13,921 nt of DNA from Leptolyngbyaceae cyanobacterium. Its GTDB lineage: Bacteria > Cyanobacteriota > Cyanobacteriia > Phormidesmidales > Phormidesmidaceae. This document shows, in pieces, positions 7,694 through 13,921 of the stretch. The stretch covers positions 1 to 13,921 of the forward strand of contig JBHJHA010000044.1 of the NCBI GenBank assembly GCA_050331235.1, in the 5' to 3' direction. The notes beneath the pieces are model-generated. The model was not told where the DNA came from, searched no databases, and was given only the letters and a program-made list of their open reading frames with translations. Made by a program: the position numbers and the translations under genes. The stretch's first letter is position 1. Every line of letters starts with the position of its first letter.

Positions 7694-8206
7694 CTATTGC
7701 TCGTCCTGCTGCAAACGGATGAGCTCTTGCTGAATGCGCTCATAAACTGTCGTGTTCTCCTCATGAATTTTCGTGATTTCATTAAACCGAGTCGGGGTCA
7801 AGTTATTATCCTCTACTGCTTGACGAGACTGGTTACAGTAGCGACTCAAAATATCGCTAACCTTGCCCCTGACTGAACGAGGCACGTTAGAAAGATCTCG
7901 GGTATCAGTACAGCCGACGTTGATTTCGCTGATATCCATGTTGACTTCTGTCAGGAGGCTTTTGACTTCAGCGTAGGCGGTATTGCGGTACTGGTCGATT
8001 GCCAGGGCGGCACGGGCATATTGAGAAATCTCGGTGTTGGAAATATCCGTTTGGGCGATCGCCGCCAACGGCAGCATGGAAACACCGGCGGGAGAAACCG
8101 TTGGCAGCCCGGCAATGGCCAACCAGCCAGACATCGCCCCCACGGCAAAAAAATTCAGGGTGCGGTAATAGGCTGTGGTTTGACGATTAACTGAAGAATT
8201 TTTCAT
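7694..8206 (-). CDS. DUF4168-family exported protein
   Basis: Signal-like N-region ending AAIAQ, then IS..EI.QYARAALAID..R, a Cys pair, and 'VEDNNLTPTRFNEIT'. ATG 8206 preferred over TTG 8230. Confidence 0.8.
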   Translation of the reverse strand: MKNSSVNRQTTAYYRTLNFFAVGAMSGWLAIAGLPTVSPAGVSMLPLAAIAQTDISNTEISQYARAALAIDQYRNTAYAEVKSLLTEVNMDISEINVGCTDTRDLSNVPRSVRGKVSDILSRYCNQSRQAVEDNNLTPTRFNEITKIHEENTTVYERIQQELIRLQQDEQ

Positions 8207-8311
8207 GGCCTGAGACTCAACCAAAAACAATGATGGACAACAAAGGTTTAATCGGCACTCTATCTTAGTTGGATTTTAATAGGACTTTTGAGCAGCGGGT
8301 CACTGCTCGAT

Positions 8312-9298
8312 TTACGAATTTTTGCACGTGTAGGAAATTTCGACCACCTTAGTTTGAAGCAGGGCAGTGGGATTTTGACCGCGCTTCAAGCCTGCTTCTA
8401 GGGCTAGCAAATGCTCTAGAACGATTTGCAAGCTTTTGATAGAGAGCGCTGCCACTTCTTTTTGCAAAAAATAGATCCGCTTGGGGTTACCGATTTCCGC
8501 GGCTTTGGCGATCGCCTGTGGATTGCGTTCTCCACTTTCGACCATGACTTTGACCCACAACCAAGTGCGAAACTGACCTACCAGAGTAGAGACGATCCGG
8601 AGGGGCGCTTCGTTCCGATTGAGTAGATCAGACAGCAATCCCAGGGCGTGCTCGGTTTGCCCCTCTCGCATGGCCGCAGCAAGCTGCAGACTACTCTGGG
8701 TACTGGCTGTCACCAACTGCGATACCACTGTGCTGTCAATGGGCGTAGCGCGATCGCGCCAGTAGAGAGAGAGCTTTTCTAGCTCTAGCATGAGCTGACG
8801 AGTTTGGTTACCCACCGTTTCTACCAATAGGTCAACGGCATCGGATGTGAGATTGAGACCTGCTTGCTGCGCGGTTTGCTCAATCTGTCGGGCGATTTGG
8901 TCGCTTTTCCAGGGGGGAATGGTGGCAAATTCGCGAATTTCGCCATGCTTTTGCAGCAGCTTGGTTAACTTGGCACGTCCGTCGGGCTTTTGTCGGCTAC
9001 TGAGCAACAAGATGCTGGTATTGGGCAGCTTGGGCACTGTGCGCTCAAATTCTAACCGGACAACCTCGCTACAGCGCTGCCCTAACGAGGTGTCAGCTAA
9101 CCAAACAAAACGCTGGCCCGTGCCAAAGGGGGGAGTCATGGCCTGATTGAGGGCGGTGATGGGACCGTCTGCCTCATCCACAGAAATTTTGTCATAGTTG
9201 AAGCTCGCCCAAGCGCCATCGACCGCTTGCTCACGCAATTGGGTGATCGCCTGCTGCATCTGAAATTCGTCGTCTCCCCAGAAATAAAACAAAGCCAT
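8312..9298 (-). CDS. holA: DNA polymerase III subunit delta
   Basis: YFWGDDEF, ALNQAMTPPFG.G.R.V, KPDGR.K, IPPW, LMLELEKL.LY, PLRIVSTL.GQFRTWLWVK, IGNPKRIYFL: cyanobacterial HolA signatures. Confidence 0.93.
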   Translation of the reverse strand: MALFYFWGDDEFQMQQAITQLREQAVDGAWASFNYDKISVDEADGPITALNQAMTPPFGTGQRFVWLADTSLGQRCSEVVRLEFERTVPKLPNTSILLLSSRQKPDGRAKLTKLLQKHGEIREFATIPPWKSDQIARQIEQTAQQAGLNLTSDAVDLLVETVGNQTRQLMLELEKLSLYWRDRATPIDSTVVSQLVTASTQSSLQLAAAMREGQTEHALGLLSDLLNRNEAPLRIVSTLVGQFRTWLWVKVMVESGERNPQAIAKAAEIGNPKRIYFLQKEVAALSIKSLQIVLEHLLALEAGLKRGQNPTALLQTKVVEISYTCKNS

Positions 9299-9377
9299 CT
9301 TTACAGAAGTCCCGAAGGAGCTGCTTACAACGTTACGCTGACACCTTAAGATTTTAAGTCTCGTTACCCGCTGTGCA

Positions 9378-9995
9378 ATGCCTTCCTTAAATCAGCATCC
9401 AATCGTGCATCAAAGTTTTGCCCTGATCGATCAGGAGATCGGTCCTCACTCGTTTTCACCTGGGGAATATGCCATTCTCCGTCGGGTCATTCACAGTACT
9501 GCTGACTTCGATTTTGTGGATAGGCTCAAGGTTTCATCTACGGCGATCGCGGCGGGCCTCGCGGCTCTACAGGCGCAAGTGCCCATTGTGGTGGATGTTG
9601 GCATGGTGCGACAGGGGTGCCAGGGCTTGCTCAGGCGAACGTTTCAAAATCCCCTGTGGACTGCGGTTGATTTGGCTGAGACGGCAGCACCTGACCTGAC
9701 CCGCACGGCGACCGGGTTATGCCAGGCTTGGGAGATCTGCCCGGAGGCCATTTATGTGATCGGGAACGCCCCAACTGCGTTGCAGGCGCTCTGTGACTGT
9801 ATTGACCGTACAATGATCGCCCCGCCGCTAATTATCGGTGTACCAGTGGGGTTTGTGGGTGTATTAGAGGCCAAGTCTCGTCTCGCCGCGTTGCCCGTAC
9901 CGCAGATTCGGGTGGATGGTCGTAAAGGGGGATCACCCGTGGCAGCAGCTATTCTCAATGCATTGCTGATTTTGGCGTGGGAAGCACAGCCATGA
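9378..9995 (+). CDS. cobH: (Cobalt-)precorrin-8X methylmutase CobH/CbiC
   Basis: SFALID.E, RRVIHSTADF, IGNAPTAL, GVPVGFV, GRKGGSPVAAAILNAL. Confidence 0.93.
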   Translation: MPSLNQHPIVHQSFALIDQEIGPHSFSPGEYAILRRVIHSTADFDFVDRLKVSSTAIAAGLAALQAQVPIVVDVGMVRQGCQGLLRRTFQNPLWTAVDLAETAAPDLTRTATGLCQAWEICPEAIYVIGNAPTALQALCDCIDRTMIAPPLIIGVPVGFVGVLEAKSRLAALPVPQIRVDGRKGGSPVAAAILNALLILAWEAQP

Positions 9996-11260
9996 CTTTG
10001 ATCAACGTTATCGGCATTGGTTTAGACGGAGCTGCAGGGTTGTCAGCCAAGTTGCAGGCGATGGTGCAGCAGGCCAAGATTCTAGCGGGCAGCGCTCGCG
10101 TGCTCAGTTATTTTCCGAACCATGCGGGGGAGCGCTGGCCGCTGGAAAATCTCCCTGCTCGACTCCAGCAATATGCTGATCTCCCCAATGCCCAACCGGT
10201 GGTGGTACTGGCCTCTGGTGATCCCTTATTTTTTGGCCTGGGTCGACAGCTCTTGCAAGCGATTGCGGCAGATCAGCTCACCTTTCACCCCCATGTGAGC
10301 GCTGTACAGTTAGCCTTTAGTCGAGCAAAATTACCGTGGCAGAATGCCACGCTGATCAGTGCCCATGGTCGCAGTCTGCAGTCGCTCGTCGTCGCCGTCC
10401 AACAGGGACAGTCGCTAATTGCGATCTTGACTGATCCCATCCATACCCCAGCGACAATTGCTGATTTGATTAGCTCACTACAGCTACCAGTAACCTATGA
10501 CCTGTGGATCTGTGAAAACTTGGGCGGTGCGGCAGAACGGATTCGTCGATATTCCTTGGCGACGGTGCCTCGGACGGAGGTGGCTCCCCTCAACGTCGTC
10601 ATTTTGCAGCGGGTCGATGGGGCGGTTGACCTAGCCAACTTGCCGCTTTTAGGTATTCCCGATGGCGCTTTTTTGAGCTTTCGCGATCGCCCTGGTTTGA
10701 TGACTAAGCGCGAAGTCAGGGTGCAAATTCTCGCTGAGTTGGCACTGCAGCCCCATCAGATCATTTGGGATATTGGAGCTGGCACCGGCAGCGTTAGTAT
10801 CGAAATTGCTCGGTTAGTCCCCACTGCGCAGATCTGGGCCGTTGAAAAAACTCCCGCTGGACAGGGGCTGATCCAGCAAAATGTGCAACGGTTTCAGACG
10901 CCCAATGTAACGACAATTGCGGGGCAGGCACCCGCCGCCTTGAAAGATCTCCCCAGTCCCCACCGGGTTTTTATTGGGGGTAGCCAAGGCCAGCTAGGAA
11001 CGATTTTGGCTACCTGCGCAGGGCAATTAGCCGCTGACGGGGTCATTGTAGTGGCCCTAGCAACGTTGGAGACGACGGTCGAGCTAATCCAGTGGCAACA
11101 GCAGCGGCCTCACTGGTGCGTAGCGTATCAGCAGGTAGCCATGGCGCGCTCAGCTGCGGTTGGTCCCTTGACTCGGTGGCAACCCCTGACGCCTATTGTG
11201 CTGGCCACACTGCGCCCCTCAGCCGAGCCGACTGATCAACGGCAAGGTGTTGATCAGTAA
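9992..11260 (+). CDS. cbiE: Bifunctional precorrin-6Y C5,15-methyltransferase (decarboxylating) CbiE/CbiT (CobL-like)
   Basis: CbiE domain: VIGIG, VVLASGDPLFFGLG, SAHGR, ENLGG..ERI. CbiT domain: MTKREVR, WDIGAGTGSVSIE, VFIGGS. ATG 9992 overlaps the cobH stop (ATGA), implying translational coupling. Confidence 0.93.
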   Translation: MTLINVIGIGLDGAAGLSAKLQAMVQQAKILAGSARVLSYFPNHAGERWPLENLPARLQQYADLPNAQPVVVLASGDPLFFGLGRQLLQAIAADQLTFHPHVSAVQLAFSRAKLPWQNATLISAHGRSLQSLVVAVQQGQSLIAILTDPIHTPATIADLISSLQLPVTYDLWICENLGGAAERIRRYSLATVPRTEVAPLNVVILQRVDGAVDLANLPLLGIPDGAFLSFRDRPGLMTKREVRVQILAELALQPHQIIWDIGAGTGSVSIEIARLVPTAQIWAVEKTPAGQGLIQQNVQRFQTPNVTTIAGQAPAALKDLPSPHRVFIGGSQGQLGTILATCAGQLAADGVIVVALATLETTVELIQWQQQRPHWCVAYQQVAMARSAAVGPLTRWQPLTPIVLATLRPSAEPTDQRQGVDQ

Positions 11261-12061
11261 TCCCGTCCCCAGTAGCAAGCTGAAATCCCAGACGTCGGTT
11301 AGAGGTTGCTCCGAGCGTCCTGTAAGGACTGTGGGCTTGCCCGCTACCGGCAAAGGCCGCAAAAGCTCTCCAACATATGCCAGGCCGGTAACCCAACCGG
11401 CGTGAAGACCACTGGCTAAAGCGATCGCATCCCCTTGGGCCCAGCGAGCCGTCACCAGAACAGCGCCTAGTAGCCACAGCCCCGGCTGCTGCCACAGTCC
11501 GGCCCGGCCATCCCAAATAAGGTGCGCCACGGCAAACATTAGGCTACCGATTCCTAGGGCCAAAACGGGAGCAAAGACCCATTGCAATTGGGTTTGTAGC
11601 CAACCGCGAAAAATAATTTCTTCAATACTGCCAATCCAGATCCCAATTAACACTAAGCCAATGATCGTTAATAGCTGATTTAAAGATCCTTGCCCTTGAG
11701 TTGTGGGAGCGGATTCAGTTTGAAATTTAATCAGCCCGCAGCGACTTTTGGCGATGAGTACCAAGACTAGTCCGGCGATCGCTATAACCCAGCCCAGCCC
11801 AAAAGCATAGGCATTGGCCAGGGACCAGATAAGCCCTAGCTGCTGCCATGATTGACCCGAAATTTGGTTGCTGATAAAAATGGCGGCTGGGGCCAAAACA
11901 TAAAGCGGCATTAGTAAAGCTAGTTTTTGCTCAGGCGGCGTTGGTTGAAAGGGTCGCCACTGAAATCGCTTGAAAAGCGGCAGCATCACGATAGCCCATA
12001 GACTAATCCAGCCTAAAAAAAACAAAAAAATTGCGGTGAGCACTCGTATATTTGCTGCCAT
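11219..12061 (-). CDS. CPBP-family (Abi/CAAX) intramembrane glutamic endopeptidase
   Basis: Multiple TM spans with EEIIFRG, FAVAH and GLHAGW motifs. ATG 12061 (MAANIRV) preferred; the ORF extends to 12139. Confidence 0.9.
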   Translation of the reverse strand: MAANIRVLTAIFLFFLGWISLWAIVMLPLFKRFQWRPFQPTPPEQKLALLMPLYVLAPAAIFISNQISGQSWQQLGLIWSLANAYAFGLGWVIAIAGLVLVLIAKSRCGLIKFQTESAPTTQGQGSLNQLLTIIGLVLIGIWIGSIEEIIFRGWLQTQLQWVFAPVLALGIGSLMFAVAHLIWDGRAGLWQQPGLWLLGAVLVTARWAQGDAIALASGLHAGWVTGLAYVGELLRPLPVAGKPTVLTGRSEQPLTDVWDFSLLLGTGLLINTLPLISRLG

Positions 12062-12622
12062 TGCCTCAGGGTTGCATAAAATCCGATAGTAGCAAAACCC
12101 CATTTCGTATCGATTCAAGGTTGAGGACGGCATGACCAATTTTACCTGCCCAAAACCCTCAAATGCTGACTTTAGGCGTAAGGCCGACCATAGCTGGAAG
12201 ATCGCTGCCCATACTTTGTAGACTTAGAACTCACCATCAGCAATTAGAGCAAGCAGCTAAATTTCAGCTCCAATCATCAATTAGGCGTAATATCTGCTAT
12301 GCTCTGTGCTGGAAAAATGAATCTGTGCCCGGTGACTTCGTTAAATATTGAATCAATCTGTTCTACACAAGATCAATTCTTCGGTATTGGTGCCACTGAC
12401 GGGGGGTATATGAGAACCTCAACCGGCCCTGAAGCGAATATTAGCTCAGTGTTTCGGTAGTCAAAGGAATCGGCATAAAAATAACCTGCCGCTGCAAATG
12501 TTCGGTCAGGACAACGCTTATATTTTGATCAAACTACCCAGAGCGGACGCACAAAAGCCTTTAAAGAAGTAAGAGCGTCAAGCACGATCTCTCTAGCGAC
12601 AACAGTGCTCCTATGGCACTTC

Positions 12623-12663
12623 AGGGAGATATCGATAGCGTTAGAAAATATCGATATCTCCCT
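12623..12663 (-). terminator. Strong hairpin just downstream of cyAbrB (terminator or 3'-end stabiliser)
   Basis: Perfect 15-bp inverted repeat AGGGAGATATCGATA (12623-12637) / TATCGATATCTCCCT (12649-12663) with an 11-nt loop, 11 nt past the stop. No U-tract on the minus strand. Confidence 0.6.
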
Positions 12664-12674
12664 TCATAAAGTAG

Positions 12675-13058
12675 CTACTCGGCTTCCTCCACTCCATCGA
12701 GCTGGATCAAATGAATGTGCTTATATCCCAGCTTGATTTCGAACTCATCCCCAGGTTTGAGGCCCATTTCATCGGTGTAAGTAGAACCAATCACAATTTG
12801 ACCATTTTTGTGAACGCTGACTCGATACGTCGGCTCACGACCACGACCATCTTTGCCTTTGTCAGGATCAAGTTGAATGCCTCGAGCTTCTAAGAGTGCG
12901 TCGTAAAAACCTGTGACGTCAACTCTGACCTGACCATCTTTGGTGGTCGTATAGTAGCCGCATTCACGGGCTTTCTCGCGTTTAGTCAAATGAGACAAAT
13001 CTTTGACTTTTTGCAATAGGGCCTTACCCGTGAGTGCATCAGTTTTTGTGCTTGCCAT
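12675..13058 (-). CDS. calA: Cyanobacterial AbrB-like transcriptional regulator, clade A (cyAbrB1/CalA type)
   Basis: LTGKALL.KVK.L, A.ECGYY, FYDALL.A.G, GRGREPTYRVSVH.NGQIVIG.TYT..MGLKPGDEFEIKLGYKHIHL. RBS GGAGAGG at 13070-13076 (minus). Followed by a CPBP protease gene, like alr0946-alr0947 in Nostoc PCC 7120. Confidence 0.92.
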   Translation of the reverse strand: MASTKTDALTGKALLQKVKDLSHLTKREKARECGYYTTTKDGQVRVDVTGFYDALLEARGIQLDPDKGKDGRGREPTYRVSVHKNGQIVIGSTYTDEMGLKPGDEFEIKLGYKHIHLIQLDGVEEAE

Positions 13059-13220
13059 CGGTGCGGGAACCTCTCCATTACAGTCTTTGCCAAAAGGTAT
13101 AAGGCGTTTCGCAATTAGCGATAATTCCAGGGTTTAGAGAATTAACTATAGAACCAAATGTAGAACCATCATCTTTCTAGCCTAAAACACCTGTCTACCA
13201 TTTGTGAGTGAACTAACTGC

Positions 13221-13226
13221 ATTATA
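13221..13226 (-). promoter_or_regulatory. Candidate -10 element (TATAAT) for cyAbrB
   Basis: ATTATA on + equals a consensus TATAAT on the minus strand, about 165 nt upstream of the ATG. No good -35 seen. Confidence 0.45.
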
Positions 13227-13921
13227 TTCATTCACTCAAATTACGAACATCCTAATTGTATTAGTAATTGTGTAATTTAGGACAAGATTTAGAAGCACTC
13301 TCAATTTCTTGGTTTTAAAGCTATTAACTAACCTAGGCTATCGGTAGATATGAGCTATCTGTAAATTTAATATCTTTAAACAGCGAGCGGTAAATAGCTA
13401 GAGTTGAAGAACCCCGTTAAACATCAAAGTCTGCTCATCTTGGCGATCTCGTAGTATCCAACTGATGAGCAATTTCCATTGTTAAGCGATGCACATCGTA
13501 CAAAATCATTTATCTCTGGGTAATAGATGTCAGTCGGCAACGAAAAGCCTTACTTGGTAAAGTGCATAGCAAGCTTACTTGAATCGGATTGCGAGTAGGC
13601 AGCACCCTCCGCTCAATGCTCGGATTTGGCTATCAGCTTCTTCAGAACGCTAATTTTATCAATCCTGTTGCTTGAGAGTTGCGAAATAGGACTATAGCAG
13701 CAGTAAGACTGCATTTATTGCGCGTACTGTCAGACGTGCTAAAAAGCTAAATATCTTTTTAAGGGGTTAAGATAACGCTGCTGACCAATAATTGTCCATC
13801 AATGGACTCACTGGACAACTCTGAAGCAGATCATTGCCAAGACTTAGGAAATCTGCCAGTTAAATATTCAGAGGCTGGTTTTGGCCGGGCGGTTAGCACT
13901 GATTAAAGTATTAACGGCAGT

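Larger units (their letters stand above)
909..11782. repeat. Dispersed HIP1 octamers (GCGATCGC)
   Basis: Copies start at 909, 1098, 1522, 2933, 3055, 5207, 6194, 6402, 7246, 8055, 8508, 8750, 9543, 10683, 11421 and 11775. Fewer than one would be expected by chance in 14 kb. Confidence 0.95.

Noticed and set aside
408..11260. Functional cluster of metF with cobalamin genes (B12-dependent methionine synthesis)
   Set aside because: They are 8 kb apart on different strands with unrelated genes between; the proximity is probably coincidental.
5014..12893. Other shadow ORFs (e.g. 5014..5325, 5621..5812, 5912..6154, 6579..6890, 7673..7876, 8847..9146, 9469..9699, 11193..11516, 12711..12893) and 12163..12351
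   Set aside because: They overlap confident CDSs or lack an RBS and protein-like features.
1..13921. CRISPR array, tRNA/rRNA, defence or retron-type system
   Set aside because: No regularly spaced repeats, cloverleafs, reverse transcriptase, nuclease or NTPase defence genes were seen. The 'Abi' label of CPBP proteases does not imply phage defence here.

Overview
Cyanobacterial chromosomal window. I counted 16 HIP1 octamers (GCGATCGC) by eye, and the gene content is typical of filamentous cyanobacteria. Most of it is housekeeping: metF, trpS, an SDH/Clp-fold serine protease, a LapA-family protein, scpA, DUF2949- and DUF4168-like proteins, holA, the cobalamin genes cobH(cbiC) and cbiE/cbiT, a CPBP (Abi/CAAX) membrane protease and a clade-A cyAbrB regulator. 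The window starts inside the left end of a probable IS630-family element. No CRISPR array, rRNA or tRNA was seen, and I found no convincing novel multi-gene system. The best leads are non-coding: a hairpin-dense convergent intergenic region (7382-7621) with a possible 16-aa peptide, an AT-rich HIP1-free stretch (about 3063-4654) with orphan ORFs and repeated motifs, and the cyAbrB promoter and 3' hairpin. Family assignments come from motifs recognised by eye; no searches were run.
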